Positions 39,829-50,374 of a stretch of 64,000 bases of DNA are shown here, in pieces; positions within the stretch are counted from its first letter, which is position 1; the number at the start of each line of letters is the position of its first letter. Below the pieces are notes generated by a model that saw only the letters and a program-made list of their open reading frames with translations, had not been told where the DNA came from and searched no databases. The stretch comes from a bacterium. Lineage in GTDB: Bacteria > Fidelibacterota > Fidelibacteria > Fidelibacterales > Fidelibacteraceae. The position numbers and the translations under genes are program-made. The stretch is taken from NCBI GenBank assembly GCA_963676395.1, contig OY781066.1, positions 1,984,001 through 2,048,000 of the forward strand, read 5' to 3'.

Positions 39829-41946
39829 ATGAACCGGAGAATAATGAAAAGATCAATAGTCATAATACTTGCTATTATATTTTTCTCAGTGAACCTAATT
39901 GCGGAAAACATGATGAATTATCCTAAAACAAGAAAAAATAATGTCGTTGATACCTTTTACGGTATAAAAGTCGAGGACCCCTATCGTTGGCTTGAAGATG
40001 ATAATTCGGCTGAAACAGCCGAATGGGTAAAGGCTCAAAATAAGGTAACATTTGAATACTTAAATTCTCTTCCAGGTAAAGCAAAGATCAAAGAGCGTTT
40101 GACTGAATTATGGAACTATCCTAAAAGTGGCACACCTTTCACTAAGGCCGGCAGATGGTTCGTTTTTAAAAATGATGGTTTGCAAAATCAGAATGTGCTT
40201 TATACTATGAATAATTTAAAGCATCAACCCCGACTCCTCTTAGACCCAAATACTTTAAGTGAAGATGGTACTGTTGCTTATACCGGTATGGATGTATCTT
40301 CTGACGGGAAATATCTGGTTTATAAGATCGCTCGTTCAGGCTCAGATTGGAACGAAGTTTACATCATGGATATTGATAGCGGGGAAATGCTTGATGATCA
40401 TGTAAAATGGGTCAAGTTTTCCGATTTGGCTTGTCGCAAAGATGGTTTTTACTATTCAGCCTATGACAAACCTGAAGCAGGTGATGAGTTATCAAAAGCT
40501 AATTCTTATCAAAAGATTTATTATCATCGATTTAATACTGCACAATCAGAGGATGAACTGATTTTTGAAAATGCCGATAATCCCATACGCATGTATGCCG
40601 CATCTTTGGATGAAAGTGATAGATATTTATTTGTATCCGAAACGGAATCAACTACCGGGAATGCACTTTATGTTAAAGATCTTAACAAGAAGGGTGCGAG
40701 CTTCAGCCTTCTTGCCAAAGGGTATAAACATGATTATGTTCCACTGGGTGTTATAAGATCTAAAGTCTTAGTGTTAACAAATCATCAAGCACCCACTTAT
40801 CGAGTTGTTGCCATTGATCCAAAACACTCTGCAGAAGAAAATTGGGTCGAGGTGATCTCTGCAGGCACAAACACCATTGAAGATGTTGAAATTTGTGGCG
40901 GAAAAATATTTGTTAAATACATGAAAGATGTCAGTTCAAAACTTGAAATATTTACCCTAAAAGGAAAATATCTGGCTGATGTTAAATTGCCGGGTATTTG
41001 CAGTGTTGAATCTTTTCGAGGCAGTCAAAAGGGTAAGATTGCCTTTTATTCATACAGCTCGTATAATACCCCCGGGACAATTTATAAATACAATACGATT
41101 AGCGGAAAATCGGAAATATATTTCAAACCCGTAGTGAAATTTGATCCTGATGATTTTGTGGTTAAACAGGAGTTTTATGAAAGCAAAGATGGTACAAAAA
41201 TTCCAATGACTATTTTTCATAAAAAGGGACTTGAATTAGATGGAAATAATCCGACTTTCCTGTATGGCTATGGTGGGTTTAATGTTAGTATTACCCCAGG
41301 TTTTGCAAAATCCTCACTGTACTTTGCAGAGCAGGGTGGTGTGTATGCGGTAGCAAACATTCGCGGTGGTGGCGAATACGGTGAAGCCTGGCATCAAGAA
41401 GGTACCTTGTTAAAAAAACAAAATGTTTTTGATGACTTTATCGCTGCAGCCGAATACTTGATAGATAAAAATTATACAAATCCGGAAAAATTGGCGATAC
41501 GAGGTGGTTCTAATGGTGGTTTATTGATAGGTGCTGTTATAAATCAACGTCCTGATCTTTTTAAGGTTGCCATACCGGCTGTTGGTGTTATGGATATGCT
41601 TCGATACCAAAAGTTCACCATTGGTTACGCTTGGGCAACTGATTACGGGACTGTAGACGATAGTGAAGAGATGTTTAAGTATTTATTGGGTTATTCACCC
41701 TTACATAATGTTAAAGCACAAGATTACCCAGCTATCATGGTAACAACAGCTGATCATGATGATCGTGTTGTTCCTGCTCATTCGTTTAAATATATTTCTG
41801 AAATTCAAGATAAGAATACAGGTGATCTTCCCACTTTGATCCGTATTGCTGTCAAAGCCGGTCATGGAAGCGGAAAACCAACGTCCATGATCATTGATGA
41901 GTACGCTGATATGTTTACTTTTATTATGTATCATTTGGGGATGTAG
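39829..41946 (+). CDS. Prolyl oligopeptidase (S9A)
   Basis: DPYRWLE, YGYGGF, GGSNGG, DHDDRV, AGHG. Confidence 0.95.
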   Translation: MNRRIMKRSIVIILAIIFFSVNLIAENMMNYPKTRKNNVVDTFYGIKVEDPYRWLEDDNSAETAEWVKAQNKVTFEYLNSLPGKAKIKERLTELWNYPKSGTPFTKAGRWFVFKNDGLQNQNVLYTMNNLKHQPRLLLDPNTLSEDGTVAYTGMDVSSDGKYLVYKIARSGSDWNEVYIMDIDSGEMLDDHVKWVKFSDLACRKDGFYYSAYDKPEAGDELSKANSYQKIYYHRFNTAQSEDELIFENADNPIRMYAASLDESDRYLFVSETESTTGNALYVKDLNKKGASFSLLAKGYKHDYVPLGVIRSKVLVLTNHQAPTYRVVAIDPKHSAEENWVEVISAGTNTIEDVEICGGKIFVKYMKDVSSKLEIFTLKGKYLADVKLPGICSVESFRGSQKGKIAFYSYSSYNTPGTIYKYNTISGKSEIYFKPVVKFDPDDFVVKQEFYESKDGTKIPMTIFHKKGLELDGNNPTFLYGYGGFNVSITPGFAKSSLYFAEQGGVYAVANIRGGGEYGEAWHQEGTLLKKQNVFDDFIAAAEYLIDKNYTNPEKLAIRGGSNGGLLIGAVINQRPDLFKVAIPAVGVMDMLRYQKFTIGYAWATDYGTVDDSEEMFKYLLGYSPLHNVKAQDYPAIMVTTADHDDRVVPAHSFKYISEIQDKNTGDLPTLIRIAVKAGHGSGKPTSMIIDEYADMFTFIMYHLGM

Positions 41947-42037
41947 TCACCAGATATTTGGAATTTGATTTTTATCAAGAAACCCAAGGATTCGAGGTGG
42001 CGGTTCCTTACTTTTTATAAGTAATTATCTTTACCGT

Positions 42038-42313
42038 TTGGATACATCGGAATTATATCGACTTGGCAAAGAGGTGTTTCGAATTCAAAAGGACGAAAAA
42101 CCCTCAAAAGAGCAATTGGAAATGATTAAGCCCGGTGATATAGCCGGGAGGAATGGCCACTTTGGTATTATTGTTGAAATAGATAATGAGCTCTATTATC
42201 TTGAATCCGGTGGTTGGGTTGTTCCTTCTGTTGGTGGTTATCCTGTAGAAATTAAATACGCTTTGGAAAAATTTGCCAAGAATGGGTATGTGATGGTAAG
42301 ACGATGCCTGTAA
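42038..42313 (+). pseudogene. Probable 5'-truncated gene fragment (NlpC/P60-like C-terminal half?)
   Basis: KPGDI...GHFGII...ESGG; no convincing start. Confidence 0.35.
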
Positions 42314-42449
42314 TCTTTAGTTATTATACATTCGCGTAGGGGACGTTTGAGCCTCCATTTTTATTTAATGGTGATTCCAGAGGCACCCACGCATCCATAT
42401 AAATTTCAAATTATCCTTCACCATGACTCATGTCTCATGAATTTATTCT

Positions 42450-42499
42450 TTGTTTTTTAATTTAAAACATAGTATAATTTTGTGGTTAGAATTCTAACC
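42450..42499 (+). promoter_or_regulatory. Promoter with adjacent palindromic operator
   Basis: TTGTTT-17 bp-TATAAT (42450-42478), then perfect palindrome GGTTAGAATTCTAACC (42484-42499). Confidence 0.6.
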
Positions 42500-42646
42500 T
42501 TGAGAACACACACAGGATGGATAGAAATTGGGGTAAAGCGTTATAAAACGCAGATTAAAAATATTCAAACACACCTGAAAAACTACCATCATTAGGATAA
42601 TACTTCTTAGGAAGTAAAACAGTATTAGTAAAAAAAGTGAGGAACC

Positions 42647-43900
42647 ATGTTAAAGGACCTGACAAAGATCGCTCGCCAAAAAATGCGTGCAACACGCAAG
42701 AAAATGTTTGGTAAACACCCTGATGTTTACACGAAAATGTATCAATTTACTCGCACAGATACCGCTCGAGCTTTAGGTTATTACCCTTTTTATCCAAAAA
42801 TTGAAAATTCTGATGCTACTGAAGTAACGATTGATGGTAAACAGAAGATCATGTTAGGATCAAATAACTATCTGGGTTTGACAAATCATCCAAAAGTGAT
42901 CGAAGCCGGTATTGAAGCCCTTAAAAAATATGGCTCTGGTTTAACAGGTTCACGTTTGTTGAACGGAAACATAACTTTACACGATCAATTGGAAGAAGAG
43001 CTTGCCGAATTTGTCGGTATGGAATCTGCGCTTGTCTTTTCAACCGGTATGGGTGTTAATGTTGGTACGATCGTATCTGTTTGCGGACCAGAAGATATGG
43101 TGTATTCTGATGAATATAATCATGCCTCTATTGTGGATGGGATCCGTTTCTCAAAAGCTCAGAAAACGATCTATAAGCATAATGATATGGAGGATCTTGA
43201 GGCAAAGCTTAAGATGGCTGACCCCAAAACACCCAGATTCATTGTTGCTGACGGTATTTTCTCTATGGAAGGTGATATCGTTAAAATGAAAGAGTTGGTT
43301 GAGTTATCAAAGAAATATCCATCACGACTCATGATCGATGATGCGCATTCACTCGGTGTTCTGGGGCCTAATGGAAATGGGACGGCAGCACATTTTGGTG
43401 TAACCGCTGATGTTGATCTTATAATGGGTACATTTTCTAAATCTTTAGGTTGCGTCGGTGGTTTTATCGCCGGTGAAGCTAAAGTGATTGAATATATTAA
43501 GCATCATTCACGTTCAATTATTTTTACCGCATCACTACCTCCTTCAAATGCTGCATCCGTTAGGGCTGCTTTGCAGGTAATCAAAGATGAACCCGAAAGA
43601 CGGGAACAGCTTTGGAAAAATACAGAGTATATGCGTAAAGGATTTCACGAATTGGGTTATGATACCGGTGAATCAACCACACCCGTTATTCCGGTTTTGA
43701 TCGGTAAAGACCAAAAAACTTTTGCAACCTGGAAATCCCTCATGGAAGCCGGTGTTTATACAAATCCTGTTGTTGCTCCGGCAACACCTCCGGGACGTGG
43801 TTTATTAAGAACTTCATATATGGCGACGCATACGAAAGACCAATTGGATTTCTGTCTGGATCAGTTTGAAAAAGTCGGGAAGAAACTTAAGGTTATCTAA
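42647..43900 (+). CDS. PLP-dependent alpha-oxoamine synthase, serine palmitoyltransferase-like
   Basis: GSNNYLGL, GSRLLNG, HASI, DGIFSMEGD, DDAH, GTFSKS (PLP Lys). Confidence 0.82.
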   Translation: MLKDLTKIARQKMRATRKKMFGKHPDVYTKMYQFTRTDTARALGYYPFYPKIENSDATEVTIDGKQKIMLGSNNYLGLTNHPKVIEAGIEALKKYGSGLTGSRLLNGNITLHDQLEEELAEFVGMESALVFSTGMGVNVGTIVSVCGPEDMVYSDEYNHASIVDGIRFSKAQKTIYKHNDMEDLEAKLKMADPKTPRFIVADGIFSMEGDIVKMKELVELSKKYPSRLMIDDAHSLGVLGPNGNGTAAHFGVTADVDLIMGTFSKSLGCVGGFIAGEAKVIEYIKHHSRSIIFTASLPPSNAASVRAALQVIKDEPERREQLWKNTEYMRKGFHELGYDTGESTTPVIPVLIGKDQKTFATWKSLMEAGVYTNPVVAPATPPGRGLLRTSYMATHTKDQLDFCLDQFEKVGKKLKVI

Positions 43901-43974
43901 GATCTAAAAATGTTCTATGTAGGGAAGTTTAAAGTGTCGTAACATGCATTCCTTACTCTTTTTAGGAGAAAAAT

Positions 43975-44781
43975 ATGAAAAATGATACAAATAAGATCAT
44001 TTTTATTACTGGAGCCTCTTCGGGCATTGGTCGCGCAGCTGCCGAATATTTAAGTGATCAAGGGTATAAAGTTTACGGTACATCAAGAAAACCGGAAAAG
44101 AATAAAGATATCACCGCTTATGAATTGATCAAAATGGATGTATGTGATGAGCTCTCCGTAAAGTCTGCGGTTGAGAGCATTCTTGAAAAAGAAGGCAAAA
44201 TTGATGTGCTTGTGAACAATGCCGGTTATGGCGTTGGGGCCGCGGTTGAAGATACAACACCAAAGATGGCCGAAGAGCAGGTTAATACAAATTTTTTCGG
44301 TTTATACCGTGTACAGCATTATGTTCTAGAACATATGAAGAAACAGGATTCGGGATTGATTATTAATATGAGCTCTATAGGCGGCGTTATAGGATTACCC
44401 TACCAAGGACTCTACTCAGCCTCTAAATTCGCTGTAGAGGGCATGACTGAAGCTCTTTATAAGGAATTATACTCTCGGAACATTCGTGTTTGTATGATAG
44501 AACCCGGTGATTTTAAAACAGAGTTTACCGCTAATCGTGAGAATGTAGAAAGCAAAAGTGAAAATCTTAAAAAATCACGAGATATCATCGAACATGATGA
44601 ACAAAGCGGACAATCTCCAATTAAGATAGCAAAACTGATCGAAAAGATCATGTCAAAGAATAGACCAAAATTACGTTATCCCATTGGAGCTTTTGATCAG
44701 AAATTATCTATCAAATTAAAAAAAATCCTACCGGGTGGATTGTTTGATAAGATCATTATGAGCTATTATAAAGTAAAGTAA
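43975..44781 (+). CDS. Short-chain dehydrogenase/reductase (candidate 3-ketodihydrosphingosine reductase)
   Basis: TGASSGIG, NNAG, YSASK. Confidence 0.85.
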   Translation: MKNDTNKIIFITGASSGIGRAAAEYLSDQGYKVYGTSRKPEKNKDITAYELIKMDVCDELSVKSAVESILEKEGKIDVLVNNAGYGVGAAVEDTTPKMAEEQVNTNFFGLYRVQHYVLEHMKKQDSGLIINMSSIGGVIGLPYQGLYSASKFAVEGMTEALYKELYSRNIRVCMIEPGDFKTEFTANRENVESKSENLKKSRDIIEHDEQSGQSPIKIAKLIEKIMSKNRPKLRYPIGAFDQKLSIKLKKILPGGLFDKIIMSYYKVK

Positions 44782-44881
44782 GGCCTAAATTGTAAAACAT
44801 AAGGGCGAATCTACTTGAGTAATCGAATGAATTAAAAATAATTCGTATATTGATTATTAGCTTAGTGGTAAAAATTAAAGA

Positions 44882-44958
44882 AAGGAACGATTTGAATGAA
44901 TCGTTCCTTATAAAATTCGAAATCCCTGCTTGCTATAAACCTTAGTAAGCAGGGATTT
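44882..44958. terminator. Two hairpins between convergent genes
   Basis: AAGGAACGATT/AATCGTTCCTT and AAATCCCTGCTT/AAGCAGGGATTT. Confidence 0.7.
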
Positions 44959-44961
44959 TAA

Positions 44962-47103
44962 TTATTTATGCGGTATGCTGAAATAGAAAGTGGAACCAAG
45001 TCCTGGTTTTGATTTTATCCAGATCTCTCCGCCGTGTTTTTCCAAGAATTCTTTTGTGATGATAAGTCCTAAGCCGGTACCCTTTTCTCCCGAAGTTCCC
45101 TCTCTATAGTACTGATCATCCACCTTAAATAATCTGGATATATTTTCACTACTGATCCCCACACCTTGATCTTCAATTGAAAATACTATTTTATCTGATT
45201 CGATTTTATAGTCGACAACTATTTCTGTATCAAGTTTGGAGTATTTAATAGCATTTGAGATCAAATTTCTTACAATCGTATGCATCATATTCATATCGGC
45301 AAATACTTTTGCCCCATGTGGATTTAATCGCAAGTTAATATTTTTTGCTTCAAGATTAGAGTTTAGTAATTCTTTGATATTCTCGAATAAACTATCAATA
45401 TCTAGAACTTCCGGGACAAAAGGGATTGTATTTCTTTGAGATCGTGACCACTCAAGTAAATTATTTAGAAGATCAAAAGAAGTTTTTGATGATTGATTGA
45501 TAGCATAAATTAATTCTCTGCTTTTTTCTTTATCAAAGGTATCAAAATCTTTAACCAGTAGGTTTGATAAACCGAGAATACTACTAAACGGTGCTTTTAG
45601 ATCATGTGCAATAATAGAGAAAAATTTATCTTTTGTAGCATTGATTTCATCAACGTGCTTTTTACTTTCTGCAAGCTTTCGATTAGCTCTTTGTTTTTCA
45701 ATAAAGAAATATACAAGCAGGGCAAGAATAGTAAGAGCGAAAAACAAAACCAAAGTAAGGAGCCTACGAACGACAAATTCTCGCTTTAATGACTCATCTT
45801 TTAATTTATTTTGTTCTTCCAAATTTTGAATGGTTCTTTCTTTTGATTCAATCTCATAAATGTTTTCTAATTTTACCATACTCTTAGTCAATTTTGCCGA
45901 AGTAATGGAGTCGGCTAAATTCGCTTGATTATCTTTATAGAAAAAAGCTTTTTTATAATCACCTTTATATAAATAGATTTTAGATAGTAGCTTGTTAATA
46001 TTAACGAGATGTTTATTTTGATTATGTTGTTTCGCATAATTTAAACCAATGATCAAGCTATCTTCTGCACTATCATATTCACCGAGAGAGATGAGAATTT
46101 TACCATAGTTCTGGTATAAGCCAGCTAAGCTTATTACATCTTTTATTTCGAGTTTTAATACTCTTGAAGAGTCAAGGAGTTCAAGTGCTTCCTGAGAATT
46201 TCCGATACTATTTTCGAGTAAGGCTTTATTGTTTAAAGCAACAGATAATCCGGCTTTAGAAGATTGTTTTTTATAGAGACCTATCGATTCATTATTGTAA
46301 GCTCTGGCGATATCAACATTACCCAAATCGGAGTGTACATTGGTTAATTGATCCAAACAAATTGCAATACCAGTATTTATCCCCGAATATTTTGCAAGAA
46401 TGCGGTATTCGGACAAGGCCTCTCCATATAGATCTTTTGCATCTTCGGGCAAACCTACGCTGTAATATAGGGTCCCCATTGTATAAGCCGCCCAGGCTAA
46501 GCCTTCTCGGAAGTTTGCTTTAGCGTAGTTTTCTTTCGATTTATAAGCCAGTTCTAAGGCTTTTTCATAAGCACCACTTCCACGATATATATTTGATAAT
46601 GATGAATAGACTGCTCCGAGAATTCGATAATTATCACTAAGGATAGAATGCTCTATACAAAGATTATAGTATCTGAAGGTTTCATCGGTATCGCCATAAT
46701 GAAAATAATAGGTTGATCCCATAAAAAAGTAAATGTTACCTAATAAATGATGATCTTTCCACTTTTTAGCCAGTGATACGGATTGAACAAAAAGATCCAA
46801 GGCTTCTTCATATTTATGATCATAGTAAATTGGTAAGGCTTTATAGTAAATGCCTTCCGCTTCCAGATTGCTGTTGGGATAATTCTCGCGAATTTCTTTA
46901 AGAGCTAATTCAGCATGCTCAAGCGAAGTATTTTTATCGTTTCGCCTATATATGTAAGAGTATTCAAAGCGGGCACGTATTTTTTCAATACCGTTTGATG
47001 AATTAATCTTATTTAATATACTATCAGCTGTTTCTATGGCATAGCTAACTGAACTAAATAATAGTAGCAATAAGATCAGCGTATTTTTTAAAAATTTTAT
47101 CAT
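44962..47103 (-). CDS. TPR-repeat sensor histidine kinase
   Basis: Signal peptide, TPR helices, TM, FFSIIAHDLKAP, NLISNAIKY, GTGLGL. Confidence 0.92.
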   Translation of the reverse strand: MIKFLKNTLILLLLLFSSVSYAIETADSILNKINSSNGIEKIRARFEYSYIYRRNDKNTSLEHAELALKEIRENYPNSNLEAEGIYYKALPIYYDHKYEEALDLFVQSVSLAKKWKDHHLLGNIYFFMGSTYYFHYGDTDETFRYYNLCIEHSILSDNYRILGAVYSSLSNIYRGSGAYEKALELAYKSKENYAKANFREGLAWAAYTMGTLYYSVGLPEDAKDLYGEALSEYRILAKYSGINTGIAICLDQLTNVHSDLGNVDIARAYNNESIGLYKKQSSKAGLSVALNNKALLENSIGNSQEALELLDSSRVLKLEIKDVISLAGLYQNYGKILISLGEYDSAEDSLIIGLNYAKQHNQNKHLVNINKLLSKIYLYKGDYKKAFFYKDNQANLADSITSAKLTKSMVKLENIYEIESKERTIQNLEEQNKLKDESLKREFVVRRLLTLVLFFALTILALLVYFFIEKQRANRKLAESKKHVDEINATKDKFFSIIAHDLKAPFSSILGLSNLLVKDFDTFDKEKSRELIYAINQSSKTSFDLLNNLLEWSRSQRNTIPFVPEVLDIDSLFENIKELLNSNLEAKNINLRLNPHGAKVFADMNMMHTIVRNLISNAIKYSKLDTEIVVDYKIESDKIVFSIEDQGVGISSENISRLFKVDDQYYREGTSGEKGTGLGLIITKEFLEKHGGEIWIKSKPGLGSTFYFSIPHK

Positions 47104-47192
47104 ATACTTTCTTTTTTTGTTAGGTAAAATATAAATCTATTTAAAACAAAATTACAAGGAAATATTCATTTAGATTAGGTGGCAGAAGTAGA

Positions 47193-48503
47193 TTATTTCT
47201 TTTTAAAAACGAAATTTATGGGGACGCCTTTAAAATCATAAAACTTTCTAAAAATACCTTCAAGAAAGCGTTTGTAGTTGTCCATCAATAAACTGGGTTC
47301 ATTGCAAAAGAAAGCAATCAGTGGCGGATTTTCAAGCACCTGAGTAACATACTTGATCTTAATGTATTTCCCTTTGACGGAGGTAGGAGGATTACGATCA
47401 ATAGCTTTTAAAAAGAAATCATTCAATTCACTGGTGGATATTCTCTGTTCCATGCGTTCTTTGATCATAAAAGCTTCATCAAGAAGTTTAAATAAGCGTT
47501 GCTTTTGAATTGCGGATATGAACATGATGGGGATATCATTCAAAATGGGGAAGTGAAAAAGAAGTTCTTTAGTAAAATCACGTGCCGTATTGGTCTCTTT
47601 TTCTATGAGATCCCATTTGTTCATTGCAACAATCAAACCTTTTCGCTGTTCACGTATTTCTTGAACAATACGTACATCTTGAGAGCAAAATCCCTTGTCG
47701 ACATCAACCATTAATATACACACATGGCTTTCTCTGATTGCTCGTTTGGTTCTAACAAAGGAATAATATTCAATTTGATCGGATATTTTTTTCTTTTTTC
47801 TCAGTCCTGCGGTATCCACCAACATGACATCTTTACCCTGATATTTCATCTCTGAGTTAATGCTATCTCGAGTGGTTCCGGCAATATTTGTTACTATGTG
47901 TCTGTTTTCACCAAGAAAAGTATTTGCGATCGTTGATTTTCCGGCATTCGGCATACCGAGAATTGATACTTTAAGATCATATTCTTTTTCTTTTTGCTGT
48001 TCATGTTCAGGTAGCTTTTCAACTATTCTATCGAGTAGATCTCCGGTTGAACGACCATTTAAAGCTGAAACTTCGACCGGCTCACCGAATCCTAAAGAAA
48101 AGAAGTTGTAAACATCCATCTCAAAGCGTTCATCGTCAACTTTATTTGCCACAAGTAAAACGGGTTTATTATTTCTATGAAGTATTTTTGCAATGTGATC
48201 ATCGTATTGAGTGATGCCCGCTTTTACATCAACAAGAAATAGAATAAGGTCTGCCTCGGATGTTGCGATTAAGGCTTGTTCTTTAATCCCTTCTTCTATG
48301 GTGTCGCGGGGATCCATCATGATACCGCCAGTATCTATCACGGTAAAATGACTACCACACCATTCAACCTCGGCATATGTTCGATCACGAGTAACACCCT
48401 CGGATTCGTGGACAATAGCTTTCCTGGTCCGCAGGAAGCGGTTATAGAGTGTTGATTTACCCACATTTGGACGGCCTACTATTGCAACTGTACTCATAAG
48501 CAC
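47193..48503 (-). CDS. der: Ribosome biogenesis GTPase Der (EngA)
   Basis: Two G domains: GRPNVGKS/DTGG/NKVD and GMPNAGKS/DTAG/NKWD; KH-like tail. Confidence 0.97.
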   Translation of the reverse strand: MLMSTVAIVGRPNVGKSTLYNRFLRTRKAIVHESEGVTRDRTYAEVEWCGSHFTVIDTGGIMMDPRDTIEEGIKEQALIATSEADLILFLVDVKAGITQYDDHIAKILHRNNKPVLLVANKVDDERFEMDVYNFFSLGFGEPVEVSALNGRSTGDLLDRIVEKLPEHEQQKEKEYDLKVSILGMPNAGKSTIANTFLGENRHIVTNIAGTTRDSINSEMKYQGKDVMLVDTAGLRKKKKISDQIEYYSFVRTKRAIRESHVCILMVDVDKGFCSQDVRIVQEIREQRKGLIVAMNKWDLIEKETNTARDFTKELLFHFPILNDIPIMFISAIQKQRLFKLLDEAFMIKERMEQRISTSELNDFFLKAIDRNPPTSVKGKYIKIKYVTQVLENPPLIAFFCNEPSLLMDNYKRFLEGIFRKFYDFKGVPINFVFKKK

Positions 48504-48739
48504 CTAATATACAAGGTAAAAGATAAAAGGCAAATGAAAAAGAATTGAGAATTAAATGTTGAATCGTTGAAATCTTGATAATGAATTGAATTATTCAATG
48601 TTTACTACCTAATATCCAAGCAGATATAACGAGTCTTTTATCAATTTGCAATGATCATTATACATTTATTTTACACCTATATTTGAAAAAGCCTCGATTT
48701 AACTCGAGGCAAAAATTATATGATCTTATATTATTGTAT

Positions 48740-49330
48740 TTATTTGACCTTCCTAAATCCATTAGGTAAATAATAATTTACACCAATAAAGGCATTATTT
48801 GCCCCGCTGAATATTGAAGTATGTAGCTCAACATACAGTTCAAGTTGCTCTGTTAAATCGATTTGTGTTCCATAGTACATATTGAAGTCTATATCGGTAA
48901 ACATAGTCCCCCATGTTGAACCAATATCAAAAGCGAATAATACACCTCCGTAAAAGTCAACTTGTTGAGTGAATTTGTGGGATATGTTCCACATGGCAAA
49001 AGGGGATATCTCCCACCAAGGACTGCCTGTAAGTACAGAAAATTCGATACCATATGAGAAGCCCATATCTATCTTATTCCATTCAAAAAGAGTATGTTGC
49101 ATGCTTCCCTGGATATTGATGGCACCACCACCAAAATTCAGTTTTCCATGAAGATTACTTGATTTTAATCCTTGAGTATACTCAACGGTCATTGAACTCA
49201 AATTACCGTTGAATCCACCGGAAATCAGTGCAGACTTTGCTGGAATTAATGTTGCATTATGGTTAAAGGGGATTGCATAGCTTAGTGAAAGTGTCAGCAT
49301 AAGTAAAACTGCTAGTAAAACTCTTTTCAT
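48740..49330 (-). CDS. Secreted probable beta-barrel protein, paralog 2
   Basis: Signal peptide; shares NHNATLIPA, EYTQGLK, WNxSHKFTQxVDFYGGV, NNAFIGVNYYL with the neighbour. Confidence 0.75.
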   Translation of the reverse strand: MKRVLLAVLLMLTLSLSYAIPFNHNATLIPAKSALISGGFNGNLSSMTVEYTQGLKSSNLHGKLNFGGGAINIQGSMQHTLFEWNKIDMGFSYGIEFSVLTGSPWWEISPFAMWNISHKFTQQVDFYGGVLFAFDIGSTWGTMFTDIDFNMYYGTQIDLTEQLELYVELHTSIFSGANNAFIGVNYYLPNGFRKVK

Positions 49331-49460
49331 TTCCTTCTCCTTGATTTTATTTTCTAATAAAATAATACACTTAAAATAGCAGAGATGAAATAAAAAATAA
49401 TGTTAAAAAAAACCACCTTTTTTAAAAGGTGGTTTAATTATAAATGATGACAGCTAAAAA

Positions 49461-50102
49461 TTATTTCATTTTTGCTTTTTCAATCTGGAGCCCTTTTGAC
49501 AAGTAGTAGTTTACACCAATAAAAGCATTGTTACCATAATTTATGATACCTGTTTGCAATTCCATATATAGCTCAAGATTTTTTGCGATATCGATTTGTG
49601 TACCGTAGTAAATACCCAAAGGAATTTCAGCGTAAGCACCGGCTGGAGCCCAAGCAGTACCATTCCAAGCTGGGGTAGAATCATAACCAAAAGTAAAACC
49701 ACCGACAACACCACCATAAAAATCTACATCTTGAGTAAATTTATGTGACATGTTCCATGTAGCAAGGGGAGATAATTCCCAAGAGCCACCACCACGGAAT
49801 TCAAATTCACCACCGTAACCAAATCCCATATCAATTTCATTCCATTCCAGGATGCAATGACGAACTAGACCTTGAGCACGTAGAATATTAAAACCATAAG
49901 AAGCTTTAACATGCAGGTTAGTTCCTTTTAAACCTTGTGTGTACTCAATATTCCATGTACCAAGACTCATACTTGCACCACCGGAAAGTGTGTTTGCTGT
50001 AGCAGGTATCAAGGTAGCATTGTGATTGACTGAGAATTCAGCAAAGGCTGCAGTTGCAAGTACAAGTGCTAAAATAACTACAATAGCTTTTCTCATTTTC
50101 AT
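49461..50102 (-). CDS. Secreted probable beta-barrel protein, paralog 1
   Basis: Same shared motifs as paralog 2; AAGGAG RBS; own terminator near 49409-49435. Confidence 0.78.
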   Translation of the reverse strand: MKMRKAIVVILALVLATAAFAEFSVNHNATLIPATANTLSGGASMSLGTWNIEYTQGLKGTNLHVKASYGFNILRAQGLVRHCILEWNEIDMGFGYGGEFEFRGGGSWELSPLATWNMSHKFTQDVDFYGGVVGGFTFGYDSTPAWNGTAWAPAGAYAEIPLGIYYGTQIDIAKNLELYMELQTGIINYGNNAFIGVNYYLSKGLQIEKAKMK

Positions 50103-50331
50103 TCTCCTTTTGTATGTATGTTTGTTTCAATATTCAACTGAATCAAATAATAATAAAAGAAAAGATAAATACAAAATGAAATTATACTAAACGCATTATA
50201 AATATAGAATTAAGGATAGGGTGAATAAAAAATAATATTATAAAAATACAAGTATAATAAAGTGGTAATAAATATTTAGTATTAGACAAAAAATATTATT
50301 GGAAGTATATAGCCACGCTCTAAATTAAAAA

Positions 50332-50357
50332 AAAAGATGTCCAAGGGACATCTTTTT
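50332..50357. terminator. Terminator at the end of the envelope operon
   Basis: AAAAGATGTCC-aag-GGACATCTTTTT. Confidence 0.75.
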
Positions 50358-50374
50358 AGATCGTTTTATTTTAA

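Noticed and set aside
42647..43900. Confident bioF or kbl assignment
   Set aside because: Family motifs are shared across alpha-oxoamine synthases; no biotin or threonine-catabolism neighbours; symbol left blank
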